DNA of 64,000 nt, from the NCBI GenBank assembly GCA_009914755.4, contig CP068257.2, positions 416,001 to 480,000 on the forward strand, written 5' to 3'. Position numbers and translations under genes: made by a program. The DNA is from the human T2T-CHM13v2.0 reference genome, Homo sapiens. Shown here piece by piece: positions 1-17,500 of the stretch (positions within the stretch are counted from its first letter, which is position 1; the number at the start of each line of letters is the position of its first letter). Below the pieces are notes generated by a model. That model was given only the letters and a program-made list of their open reading frames with translations. It did no database searches and had not been told where the DNA came from.

Positions 1-129
1 ACATTGTAATATGGTCTGAGAACTCACTGAAGGCATAGCCATTGATATTAACTTCCACTTCACTTCCAGACAAAATATTTTAAATATCTTAAAAATTCCA
101 TTTGATATTGTATGATTCATCAAGACAGA

Positions 130-355
130 AAGTAAAGCTGTAGTTGCCCTGGGAGGGCGGGGAATGGGGAGTCACTTTTTAATGGGTACAGGATTTCAAT
201 TTTACAAGACAAAAAGAATTATGGAGATGGGTGGTGGTGATGCTTGCACAACATTGTGAATACATTTAATGACACTGAATTGTATACTTAACAGTGGTTA
301 AGATGCAAATTGTTGAGTGTGTTTTGCCACAGTTAAAAAACGGAAAACAATAGTA
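130..355 (+). mobile_element. Ancient L1 (L1M/L1P-type) 3'-UTR fragment
   Basis: 'gggaatggggagtcactttttaatgggtacagg...gatgggtggtggtgatgcttgcacaacattgtgaatacatttaatgacactgaattgtatacttaa...ggttaa' matches the conserved 3' end of older primate/mammalian L1 families. Recognised from memory of the consensus; diverged. Confidence 0.45.
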
Positions 356-3300
356 TTTGAAGATATAGCCCATTTCATCTGGTAGCTAGCTGTATGTGTC
401 TGCTCAGCTGTGGATAGATATTTATGCTGTTTCTGAACTGGAGGTTACTGGTATTCTCTAAGGTATAGGAAAATTGATCTTATGTGGCTAACTGAGGTGG
501 ATATAGTTGTATCAGTCAGACAGTAATGATATAATCATGATAGTTTACATTTAACACAACTTACATGTGTTATACTTTAGAAAGCTCTTCATTCATATTA
601 TTACTTCATACTATTTTCCCCTTACCATTTTTGTCTCTCCTTTCTCTGCTGACTTCAGAAAATGTCTCTTCCACACTACTCAATTCATCTCCTTATTTTT
701 TCAAAATTTTAAGTCTCAGAGTCTCCAAAAAAATTTCCAGACAAGTCTCATCAGCTTTCGGTCATTGATTAATCGATATCCTTAGAGGCTTTCCCTTCCC
801 CTTCTCAATTTAACATAGCTTCCAAATACACTTGCCAGTAAAACAAAGTTGTTTATATGGTTTTATATTTCTTCCTGCTGAATTATGAACATTTTTTCAT
901 ATTGACATTGATTTCCATCTGGCCATGAAATACTCAAGGTGAAGAAAATGAAACAAAATTGTTAATATTTATCAAGAGCCAGGTACTGTTTTCAGTGTCC
1001 TAGAAGTATAAACTAGTGTAATGCTCACCAGCTCATATGAGAGGCAAAAATGGATGAAACTATAAAACCAAGACACAGAGAGTTAAGGGAAATTTCCCAA
1101 GATCACACAGCCACTGAGGATATGAACTAGACTTTGACTTCAGGCTATTTACCCCAGAACCTGTGCTTTCAAACATCATTTGTACTGCTTCCCTAAATTA
1201 CACTTGAGTACACTGTGACATCAAATTTCACCTATGACACCAAATTTCACCTATGACACTGATTATCTGGGGAACTTTGCAACTTATTCTGAATGTGATT
1301 CAGTTTTCTTTTCTGTACAGAGATAAAGTCAGTATATACTCCATAGATTCGTTATAAGGATTATATGAAATGACACATGAGAAGGCTTTAAAAGGACTTG
1401 GAAAGCAATAAGCTTTTTTGTTTTCAATCATGTTTCAATAGGTTATCAGTGTTGTGAATGGTTCATGAAAAATGACTTTGGGCTCAGTGAGTAACTGAAA
1501 TGTTGTTGCTTAATAGTGTGTTTAATATTAATATAATAGTAACAAATGTTGTTATTGTTGAGTAATAGCTATTTGGCTTTTCACTGCTTTTCTTTTCTAG
1601 TGTTTTAGTCAGAGACTTCTTAAGTCTCCTCAAGTGTGTACACATTTCTTAAATTTGTTGGGAAGTACCAAATTTAAGATATCTTGCATTTTTTTCTTCC
1701 TTAGTAAACACTAAATTCCATCACGCAGCAGAAAAAGGGCTCTGTTATTGTCGGTACAATGGTTTAATATTCACTTTTATTCCCTGTATCGTAGTTCTGA
1801 TTTAATTGCTATTTAGAATAAAACTTGTTCCTTATTATATGCATTCATAATTATAAAATTTGTGTTTTAATGCCTTCTACACATATACTGTGCTTTTCTT
1901 TATTTCCTTATATCTTTTACTGTTTCATGATCCTGGTATTTGAAATCTCATTAAGTGTTGTTTGGGGATTTGCTGGGAATGTCATCTACATAATAATGTC
2001 TCAAGTTTGTAGCATCTTTAAAACATAATAGGAGATGGAATTCACAGCAGAGTAATAACCCTCCCACTTTAGGCAATGTATTTGTGATTGGTATGACTTT
2101 GTTCCCAGAGAGCAGTTAGCAACACAATATTAAGGCTATGTGTACAAGGAAAACAAATTTTAAAAATATCCTTTAAAAAAAACAGTTCCCGATCCTAACC
2201 AGTATCATGCACAGAATCCGTTTCCACCTCTTCATATGGAAGCAGCTCTGGGTGGACATCTAGAAAGTTGGATAACTATTTATCACATATGTTCTGTAAA
2301 GGGAGAGATTTACAAGAAAGTGTTAAATTTAATCCATAGGAAAGCAAAATCAAAAATCAATGAATTTTCCATTTGTAGTTTTCCCTAGGGGCTCCACTCT
2401 CAAGATGGCTTAAATGTGTTATAATTAAATGACTAGGCACAATTGTTTGTTAGTGACATAAAAGCAAGGTAAGCATTTCTGCTTTATGAGTCCAAGCACA
2501 GGGACACTTGGTTTTCTTTGGAAGGATATCATAAAGGCAATGTTTATGAGTAATACCTCATTGTCTTTCCTTTTGTGGCATTCAATGTTATGTACTATAA
2601 TTTAGAAATGAAAACTACTTAAAGACCACTTGCTAAGTTTCATGTATTTCAAATTCTCAGATCCTGAGTGTTTAAATATGCCTATATTTCTTCATGAAAA
2701 AAACGTAATCTTTGCCAAGTTAGAAAAAGAAAAAGTCATATTCCCATTTTTAACTAAATGTAATCAGAAATTTGGACAGTTTTTAGCCTTCAATACATTA
2801 TGTAATTTGGGTAACAGGCTGAATAAAAGTAAGGAACTTCAGTTAAATTCAGAGAGAAGCTAATAATTATTTCTAAGACTCAAATGTATAGAACAGATCT
2901 CTGATATTAAGGGTAAGACCCTCAAAGGTGAGCCAAAATGGGTAATTGTGGGATTATTTTGGGAGTAATCATCATAGATTCTTACTGCTATAAATACAGT
3001 CAAATGTCAGATAAATATACTCCACTGAAATGTTTTCTAGGAATGATGTTGGAACCAATGTTGGTAATTTTGAAAGTCATGGAGAGGATTTCAGATGATA
3101 GAAGTCAGGCAACTATCCCAGGTTTAATAAATAAGCAAATGGTGAGTTCCAAAAATGCTGTATCAATGAGCCTCATATTGATCCTGAGCACAATTTCAGG
3201 AAGGTCCATTAAATGGGTCTTTGGAGAGCACTTAGGATAAAAGGCTGGCAGCAGGGATTCACTAAGAGCAATGGTGCCAAGCTTGCCTCTTTGACATTGT

Positions 3301-5193
3301 TATGTGACTGATAAAGGTAGGCTATAGTGGTACACAATACAGATATTTCCAGGGTAAAGCTGTTGAGCTGCTGTAATTTTCCTTACCTCTTCACTATCTT
3401 CTCCTATAGTTGACTCCCAAGGAAAAGATAGTTGACTTTTAATGTAGAAATGTACGTTAACTGGCAAAAACAAACAAATGAAACCATAAACTATCCTTTA
3501 GGCTTCTCTCTGCTCAGTTATTAGATCATATGAATGTGCCCTTAGGAAACACAGAAGGTCCACACTATTATAGGGACAAATTTCTTACATTCTCTGCTGT
3601 TTAATGCTCTTCAAAAGACTTACCATACTGCACTAATTTGATTATCAACTACTTGAACACAGGGACCAATGTGCTTATTAAAAATTTTGCATATTATGAG
3701 GGCATTAACTTTTAAGTATTCGATTGTTAAGACAATGCATATTATTATAAACCATAGAAGGCACACTTATTACCTCCTTAAGAACCAGTCTCTATTTCTC
3801 TGTTTCCTAGATCTCCAAGGTCATAGAGGGATTGGATATTTGTGTCTTCAATTGGCCCTCTTCAACCCTAGGATAAATAGTGATTAATCTAAGCCAATGG
3901 TTTTCGGCTCTGTCTGACCCAATGCCTCTACTTCATAAGAAATTCTTCAAAGACCCCTTCACTATTCTAAACTATTAGTGAGAACACAATGTATGCATTC
4001 AACTTGTTGAAAATATTAATGTTATGCTGAAGCTAACAAAGGAGAAATAATTTACTGTCAATATATGATCCAAAATGTATATAATTGTGCCAGAACATTT
4101 ACATCTCAAATACAATAGAACATAATGAAATTTTCATATCTTCGCCCATACCTTGAAACATTTTAAATAAAAAGCTACAAATATAGTTTCATTGAATAAC
4201 CAAATGCCAAAACTGCCATTTCTATTGTTGACATGATTGATCTGCATTGGTAAATGTAATAGATACTTTCTGTTTGGCCCTTGTCCCCTGTTATACTCCC
4301 CTATTTACTGGCTTTTGTCCAAGTGGAATGGACCATATTGAATATCTCAATCGGTTCCCTTGCTCATTGCCTTCTATGCATGTTCATGAGATTAAAGGGA
4401 AGGAGGAAATGGGATTGGGGGTTATTGCCTAAACTCCCTCTCTGCTAGGTCTCCTTGACCAATCTTTTTCATAAGAAAATTAGTGTTTCCTTGTGTGATC
4501 AGGGCAGTTTACTCCCCAGAACTCTGCCTGCTGCTACTAACCCAGAGTTATTGTGGGGTGTGATTTCTGTGATTCCTTCACCCTTCTCCCCTGAAATTTT
4601 CGTAAGTAGTCTCTTTGGAAATAAACCCATGTTAAATTATCTTAGTTTGTGTGTGTTCTATTTTTCCTATTGAGACTCTGAAATGAGTATCTAAATGAAA
4701 AAATCTACCGTCTTTTCTCATATACATAGTAGTTTCATTCTTGCAAAATTCATGGCATATTAAAACCATGCAAAAGTACTTGGCACTTAGGCAGTTACAT
4801 TTGGGATTGTATAATTAAACAAAGCAGGTTATTCACCTTCATTACATTAGAAAGTCATTCAGGACATACAGCAATCCTTAATTAGGAGCGGCTATCCCAT
4901 GTTACTGGACATATGGCATCCCTGTTTTCCAATCCTTAAAGTTTTTCCTTAACGTTCCAAAATGCCGTCACTTATTATTTCCTGCCATTGGATTTTGTCA
5001 CATGAAGTTGTAAGGCTGGGAATGCCGTAGCCATCTTGAAAACATAGGTAGAAAGATAAGAGAATCATAAAGAAGTGGATCATGTTGAATTAACTAAGCA
5101 TTGATACCATCTATTTGTTGTCCGATTTGGTAAAAGTTGCTCCTTGTTTTTTTCTTCAATTAGTTGACTATTCTGTTACTTGAAGCTAAAAAG

Positions 5194-5512
<319 letters not shown>

Positions 5513-5950
5513 CAAAAACATTTTAACCAATAACAAAGCACATTATTTCATTGCATTTTTTCAAAAGTTGCCAGTAATTTCAATTAAAAATATTATATAA
5601 CATGTTTAATGCAATACAAATGCTTTTCAATGTACAATGGGGTTAAGTCTTGATAAGCTGATTATAAATTGAAATACATTATTAAATGTATTTAATACCT
5701 AACTTACTGAATATCACAGCTTAGCCTGGCATACCTTTAATGTGCTCAGAACACTTACATCAGCAGACAATTGGGCAAAATCGTTGAATACAAAACCCAC
5801 TTTATAATAAAGTATTGGATATTTTATGTAATTTGTTGAATATTGTACTGAAAGTGAAAAGCAGAATGGTTATATTCTATTCAAAGCTATCACTTTTGCT
5901 TCATCATAAAGTAAAAAAAAATCATAAATTGAACCATTATAAGTTGACCA

Positions 5951-6083
5951 TCTGTGTATATGTATGTGTGTGTGTACCTATATAAACATGTATGTTTATA
6001 TATATATTTGTGTGTGTATATATCCTCGGTGTGTGTGTATGTGTGTTTGAGAGAGAGTGTGTGTGTGTGTGTGTGTATGACAT
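5951..6083. repeat. Compound (TG)n/(TA)n/(GA)n microsatellite
   Basis: Runs of gtgtgtgtgt, tatatatata and gagagag are visible directly. Confidence 0.85.
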
Positions 6084-7436
6084 TGTAGGAAAGTAAAATT
6101 TCTTATCTTACAGATATAGCATGTTAACATGTTGGTACCTATCCTCCTGAGATGTAAAATTTTACATGGATAGATGTGTACATTTACAGTTGTACACAAA
6201 GAGAAACATATTCTGTAGGCTCTTTGTTTTTCTGCAGTTTCATTCAACACTATCTGGTTTATATGGATGATGACATATATAATGCTAGGATGAAGGTTCT
6301 TCTCTATAACTTTGAAACTTCCTTGATTATCAACCCTTGGTATATTCTTAGAATAGGATTTTATTTTAGAATTAAGATCCTTGTTTCAGGACTCTAGACT
6401 GTTAACACACAGAGCCAATAATTATTCAGAATGGTTGGGTTAGTTCACATTCCCACAGATGAGACATCAAATGTCCAGGCTGCACAGCCTCATTAACACT
6501 AGATTTTCTGGACATTTTATATAGTATTTCATCTTATATAAAAAGTAGAATTCTAAATTAATTATGGTTGTTAATTTATTTTTATCTTTTTAGTCATTAT
6601 GAAAATGTTTAACTATATGAAAAGCTAGGAAAGAGTTTTATTTTTTAAGGTAGTACTTCAGAAATATTTGCGATACTTAATTTTTAAAAATTAACTCTAA
6701 AAAATGTTGAAATGTCTGTTTAATGAAATAGGACATAAATACTGGTCACATTAGTGAAAAATATTTGTTTAAAATTAAAATATCTGTATCAATCCTGTAG
6801 ATATTAATAATTTTTAAAGAATGACATCTTCAAAATATAAATGTTCTAAACTTATAATCAGTTAAATATGTCTCAATACATATAGATACATATATCTAAA
6901 TAAATTTGAAGACTTCAAATTCCAGGTACAATATAATTCTTTTCTATCCTGTGATTTGTCATTCAGTATTTTGTAATTTGCACAGAAATATTTTGCCCTA
7001 ACCACATGTCTGTATTTTCTCTTACCTAGAAATGTTATTTTATGCAAAATTGTTTTAAAGGTCAGTTTGCATGTTTGAAAGCATCTTGTAGAATGTTACA
7101 TAATATATTGCATATTTGGTTACATTGTTTTAACTGTGTAAATATGGTTTAAATCTATGATGCTCTTTAGTGCTGATCATGATGCAAAGCAAATTTATCT
7201 GTATAAAAGTCTCCTGTTAATTTTTTTTATTATTATATTTTAAGTTTTAGGGTACATGTGCACAACGTGCAGGTTTGTTAGATATGTATACATGGGCCAT
7301 GTTGGTGTGCTGCACCCATTAACTCGTCACTTAATATTAGGGATATCTCCTAATGCTATCCTTCCCCCCTCCCCCCACCCCACAACTGTTCCCAGTGTGT
7401 GATGTTCCCCTTCCTGCATCCATGTTTTCTCATTGT

Positions 7437-11261
<3,825 letters not shown>

Positions 11262-11324
11262 TATGATGTTAGCTGGTTATTTTGCTTGTTAGTTGATGCA
11301 GTTTCTTCCTAGCCTTGATGGTCT

Positions 11325-12337
11325 TTACAATTTGGCATGTTTTTGCAGTGGCTGGTACCAGTTGTTCCTTTCCATGTTTAGTGCTTCCTTCAGGAGCTCT
11401 TTTAGGGCAGGCCTGGTGGTGACAAAATTTCTCAGCATTTGCTTGTCTGTGGAGTATATTATTTCTCCTTCACTTATGAAGCTTAGTTTGGCTGGATATG
11501 AAATTCTGGGTTGAAAATTCTTTTCTTTAAGAATGTTGAATATTGGCCCCTACTCTCTTCTGGCTTGTAGAGTTTCTGAGGAGAGATCAGCAGTTAGTCT
11601 GATGGGCTTCCTTTTGTGGGTAACCTGACCTTTTTCTCTGGCTGCCTTTAAAATTTTTTCATTCATTTCAACTTTGGTGAATTTGACAATTATGTGTCTT
11701 GGAGTTGCTTTTCTCGAGGAGTATCTTTGTGGCATTCTCTGTATTTCCTGAATTTGTATGTTGGCCTGCCTTACTAGATTGGGGAAGTTCTCCTGGATAA
11801 TATCCTGCAGAGTGTTTTCCAACTTGGTTCCATTCTCCCCATCACTTTCAGGTACACCAATTAGACATACATTTGGTCTTTTCACATAGTCCCATATTTT
11901 CTTGGAGGCTTTGTTCATTTCTTCTATTCCTTTTTCTCTAAACTTCTCTTCATGCTTTATTTCATTCATTTCGTTTTCCATCGCTGATACTCTTTCTTCC
12001 AGTTGATCACATCAGTTACTGAGGCTTATGCATTTGTCATGTAGTTCTTGTGCCATGGTTTTCAGCTCCATCAGGTCCTTTAAGGACTTCTCTGCATTTG
12101 TTATTCTAGTTATCCATTCGTCTAATTTTTTTTTCAAATTTTTAACTTCTTTGCCATTTGTTTGAACTTCCTCCTTTAGCTCGGAGTACTTTGATCTTCT
12201 GAAGCCTTCCTCTCTCAACTCGTCAAAGTCATACTCCGTCCAGCTTTGTTCCATTGCTGGTGAGGAGCTGCATTCCTTTGCAGGAGGAGAGGCACTCTGA
12301 TTTTTAGAGTTTCCAGTTTTTCTGCTCTGTTTTTTTC
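11325..12337 (-). pseudogene. L1 ORF1 remnant (frameshifted)
   Basis: Minus ORFs 12012-12254 (EQSWTEYDFDELREEGFRRSKYSELKEEVQT...ELMELKT) and 11550-11981 (...IWDYVKRPNVCLIGVPESDGENGTKLENTLQDIIQENFPNL...RLTADLSSETLQARRE) match L1 ORF1p. The initiator 'atggaaaaaaacagagcag' (reverse complement, ~12337) is out of frame with the downstream pieces. Confidence 0.85.
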
Positions 12338-13357
12338 CATCTTTGTGGTTTTATCTTCCTTTGGTCCTTGATGATGGTGACATACAGATGGGGTTTTGGT
12401 GTGGATGTCCTTTCTGTTTGTTAGTTTTCCTTCTAACAGTCAGGACCCTCAGCTGCAGTTCTGTTGGAGTTTACTGGAGGTCTACTCCAGACACTATTTG
12501 CCTGGGTATTAGCAGCGGTGGCTGCAGAACAGTGGATATTGGTGAACTGCAAATGCTGCTGCCTGATCGTTCCTCTGGAAGTTTTGACTCAGAGGGGTAC
12601 CCGGCCATGTGAGATGTCAGTCTGCCACTACAGGGGGGTGCCTCCCAGTTAGGCTACTCAGGGGTCAGGAACTCACTTGAGGAGGCTGTCTGCCTGTTCT
12701 CAGATCTCAAGCTACATGCTGGGAGAACCACTACTCTCTTCAAAGCTGTCAGACAGGGACATTTAAGTCTGCAGAGGTTATTGCAGTCTTTTGTTTGTCT
12801 GTGCCCTACCCCCAGAGGTGGAGCCTACAGAGGCAGGCTGGCCTCCTTGAGCTGTGTTAGGCTCCACCCAGTTCGAACTTCCTGGCTGCTTTGTTTACTT
12901 ACTCAAGCCTGAGCAATGGCGGGCGCCCCTCCCCCAGCCCCACTGTAACCTTGCAGTTTGATCTCAGACTGCTGTGCTAGCAAACAGTGAGGCTCCGTGG
13001 GTGTAGGATCCTCCAAGCCATGTGCTGGATACAATCTCCTGGTGTGCCATTTGATAAGCCTGTTGGAAAAGCACAGTATTAGGGTGGGAGTGACCTGATT
13101 TTCCAGGTGCCATCTGTCACCCCTTTCTTTGACTAGGAAAGGGAATTCCCTGACCCATTGTGCTTCCCAGGTGAGGTGATGCCTTGCCCTGCTTTGGCTC
13201 ATGCATGGTGTGCTGCACCCACTGTCCAGCACTCCCCATTGAGATGAACCTGGTACCTCAGTTGGAAATGCAGATATCACCTGTCTTCTGCATCACTGAC
13301 GCTGGGAGGTGTAGACTGGAGCTGTTCCTATTCGGCCATGTTGCCTCCATCCACTAA
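12338..13357 (-). promoter_or_regulatory. L1 5'UTR (internal sense/antisense promoter region), CpG-containing
   Basis: The reverse complement matches the L1PA 5'UTR ('...ggcgggcgcccctcccccagcc...cactgt...gctagcaa.cagtgaggctccgtgggtgtagga.cctcc.agcca.gtgc.gg'). It is the only CpG-dense stretch in the unique part of the window. Activity is unknown. Confidence 0.75.
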
Positions 13358-14711
13358 TTTTTAACTTTCAAATGATTAGATACATTTACCCTCTTCTGAA
13401 TTTTAATTCCTGATGAAAAGATTCTGAAATCTCAAGAGGATAATGAATCAGCTTCTGATTACATTCTGGAATTACGATTTGATCACCCATCCAAGAATGC
13501 ATATTCACTTTCCTTTACATTACACACATGCATAATACCATGCTGAGTGATGCTGGAAAAAGTGAGTCTTCAGTAATGCCCTCATGAAATTACAGTCTCA
13601 CTACACCGAGGTATTTTCTTTTTAACCCATTTTTCTTTTCTGCTGTGAATATGTGCCTTCTAAGAGGTGAAAAACTGGGAAAAACTGAAAAAGAACCTTC
13701 ATCTAATTCAGTAACTAGCTTTTGTATCTTCTAAGAATTTTTATCTCCAGAAAGCTCTAATCTTCATTCCTTTAAAGCTTTATTTCTCTCTCCTTTCCAA
13801 CACCAGATTTTTCTCTGTTTGTTTTCTATACCCTTTTTAGAGATGCCTACAATAGAAAAAAAACTATGACATATTCAATACATCTGAAAAGTTTGCATTG
13901 CCATAGATAAGAATGAATTGTCTGTTTATAAAGAAAAAAAATAAAAATATGAACCAAGAAAGCACAGAAGGTAGTAACCACATTTAGATGTTTATCATGG
14001 AATCATCTTTATAATCCATCTGTTACAATTCCACAGAGCAAATTAGAAGTAATTGTGAAGTTTCCCCTCATTTTATAGGTTTGGTCTTATAAGGCATACA
14101 ACACAAATTTTAATTACTTTTCTTTTTGGTATTTGGATCTTAATTTGGTCAAGTGGCCACTGGGTAGATGATGGAGCCTCTTGAGACATACAGTCTTCTA
14201 GCTTTGTTGATGTAAATATTACTGTGTAGTTTTCATTCACTTATTATTTTACAAGGCATGCTTCATTAAAAATATGTCAGCATCTCATTGACAAATCACA
14301 AAATTTAAAAGGCACAAGAAAAAAACAATTTATTTGAAACATTCCTGTGTAAAAGTAGTCACCACTCTTACTATTCCTCAAATATTTTTATTATATTTAA
14401 ACACAAGCCTAGTTTTATCTCGAGTGTCTGACCTTGATGATATTGTACACTTTAAACTTAGAAAAAATTGAACTCTATTGGAAATTTCCTACAGATCAGC
14501 TTTTCTAGATGCCAAGCGCCTTGTTTCAGCTGCGGTGATGACAACAAATTGGGTTCTCAGGGTTTCTGGCCTCTGGCATCATCTCAGTTGTTTATAATTG
14601 AAGTTGGCTCTGATGAGAACTCAGCTTAGATGCATGGTTGTACTGCTGGGCTTAAGGCTGGCCTGCCAGGAGGTTGCATTGAGGTGTAACTAGGCAAAGA
14701 AAGAAGGAGTT

Positions 14712-15170
14712 TATTGAGGCACTACTGACAATAGCAAAGACTTGGAACCAACCCAAATTTCCAACAATGATAGACTGGATTAAGAAAATGTGGCACATAT
14801 ACACCATGGAATACTATGCAGCCATAAAAATGATGAGTTCATGTCCTTTGTAGGGACAAGGATGAAGCTGGAAACCATCATTCTCAGCAAACTATCACAA
14901 GGACAAAAAAACAAACACCACATGTTCTCACTCATAGGTGGGAATTAAACAATGAGTACACATGGACACAGGAAGGGGAACATCACACACTGGGGCCTGT
15001 TGTGGGGTGACGGGCTAGGGAAGGAAAAGCATTAGGGGATATACCTAATGTAAATGACGAGTTAATGGGTGCAGCACACCAACATGTCACATGTATACAT
15101 AGGTAATGAACCTGCACTTTGTGCACATGTACCCTAGAACTTAAAGTATAATAAAAAAAAAGAAGGAGGT
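14712..15170 (+). mobile_element. 5'-truncated L1 3' end (ORF2 C-terminus plus 3'UTR plus poly-A), ~460 bp, with target-site duplication
   Basis: 'tttattgaggcactactgacaatagcaaagacttggaaccaacccaaat...atgtggcacatatacaccatggaatactatgcagccataaaaa...gggtgcagcacaccaacatg...gcacatgtaccctagaacttaaagtataataaaaaaaaag' is L1 3' terminal sequence. It is flanked by 'aaagaaggag' on both sides (14702-14711 and 15162-15176). Confidence 0.9.
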
Positions 15171-16756
15171 TGGGCAAAATTACCAACAATCTTCAACTAT
15201 GAATTTTTATGAGTAGGGGCTTCCCACACCATCAGGCACTCCAAGTTGGAGAAACAAGGGATGTTATATTGAAAGTTTAATTTTTTAGGCTTGATAGTCA
15301 GATTAGGGAAGTTTTGGGTATACCTTTCCCACTCTAGAGCCCTCTCCCTAACTCATGGCCAATTTGGGACATGGGCTCAATGGAAAAGAGTGCCGAGATC
15401 AATTAGAAATATCCTTCATGAACATAGGAGGCAGGCATTCTGGCCAAGGGGTGCGTCTTCCCACTTTGTAATCCAGAGTGCGATTTCTTCTTGCTATCTG
15501 TCCCTCTGTAAATAAGCATTGGGTGAAGGACAAGCTAGTTACAACTGAGGATGGAATGAGATTCTAGCAGAATTGCAAAATGAACTGAGAGCCACGAAAG
15601 TGTTCCTCTGTGAACCAGCAGAGAGATCTGTGGAAGGCAAAGGAAGAGGAGCCAAGAGGCCAGATAACATTCCTGCTTCCCCTACATTGTGAAAGTGAAA
15701 TTATCAGCAACGTATATCAGTAACTAACCAGAGGCTTTTTGGAGAGTAAGACTTCTGATAGATACCTCAATAGCTGAAGTTGCTCTTCAGTACTGCACAT
15801 AACCTGTGGACAGATTTTCATCATTATTAATTCATTTATTCAACAGATAGATATTAAATTCAAGGCATAGTTCTAAACTATGCAGTCAATTACAAAAAAA
15901 TAATGAAGGGCATTAGCTGTGCCTCATAGGACGTTAAAACTCTAGGTGCTGAATGAGACAAATAGGGTTCCCACATCAAGTGCCTGGGCTCCTGTTATAA
16001 CCTGGACTGTGCTTCCAATGACTTCTCTTGTTTCTGTTTTGGTAAACCCATCATTTGGCTTAGTCCCTATCCTTGCCATGCTCGCCCACCAGTAGGTGGA
16101 CCTCCTTGACTATAACTACAGACATAGATCTTCGATTGTTTCTTTTCAAATGTTTGCTTACTTTAGATCTGCAGTCAAATGTTGTTTTGACCATAAGACT
16201 CTGAGGGTGTGTGTGGTTGAAACTGTCTTGAGACTCAAAGAGCTATTGAGGAAGGGATTTGGTAGCTGAACTCTTTTGAAGTTTTTCTCTGTCTCTCACA
16301 CATCTGGGGCTCAATAGTTTAATATATTGTTTAATTTCTACATCAATGATAGTTTAATTGGCATCCATGCAAGTCAGTTCTGCTGGGAGTTTATTATCCT
16401 ACTCCAATAGCAAGTAAAGCATTCCTTAAATATAGTGTATGTATAAATTCTACATGGTAAGTGAAGCTGTCTTTATGAATTGCTGCTATAGAATATACTA
16501 GATTGTGTAGGTTTTAGTACAATCCAGGTAATTATCAAGCCTTTGTAATATTTTCAGGAAAGTGATCCTTTCACTTCAGTTTATGGAACTTGGAAAGTTT
16601 TCAGTTACCACCCACTTGTTAGATCATAAACTTAATTCTATGTATCTGAATTTATTTTTCTATTTATAAATTTATCTGGATGTTTTCTCAAAGGTTTCCC
16701 AGATTAAAAACCTATGGCTTTGTAAAATTAAAACAGAAGTAATAAGAATTGTGTTA

Positions 16757-17090
<334 letters not shown>

Positions 17091-17228
17091 CTAGAATCAT
17101 ACAATGAGAGAGATTGTATAGCCCTTTTAATTGTCCATAATGGATACATTTCTTTTTCTGTGTAATAGTTTATCAGAATGAAAAAAAAGACTCACTGAAC
17201 ACTGATAAATTTCTCTCTCTCTCTCTCT

Positions 17229-17500
<272 letters not shown>

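Noticed and set aside
1223-1260. 'caaatttcacctatgacac' repeated twice in tandem.
   Set aside because: It is a single 19-bp tandem duplication in unique sequence with no further copies or context. Probably a replication-slippage indel of no special interest.
12903-13280. A 125-aa minus ORF, and a CpG-rich patch, near 12.9-13.3 kb that might suggest a promoter or first exon of a host gene.
   Set aside because: The region is the L1 5'UTR (reverse-complemented). The ORF is a chance open frame in GC-rich UTR sequence.
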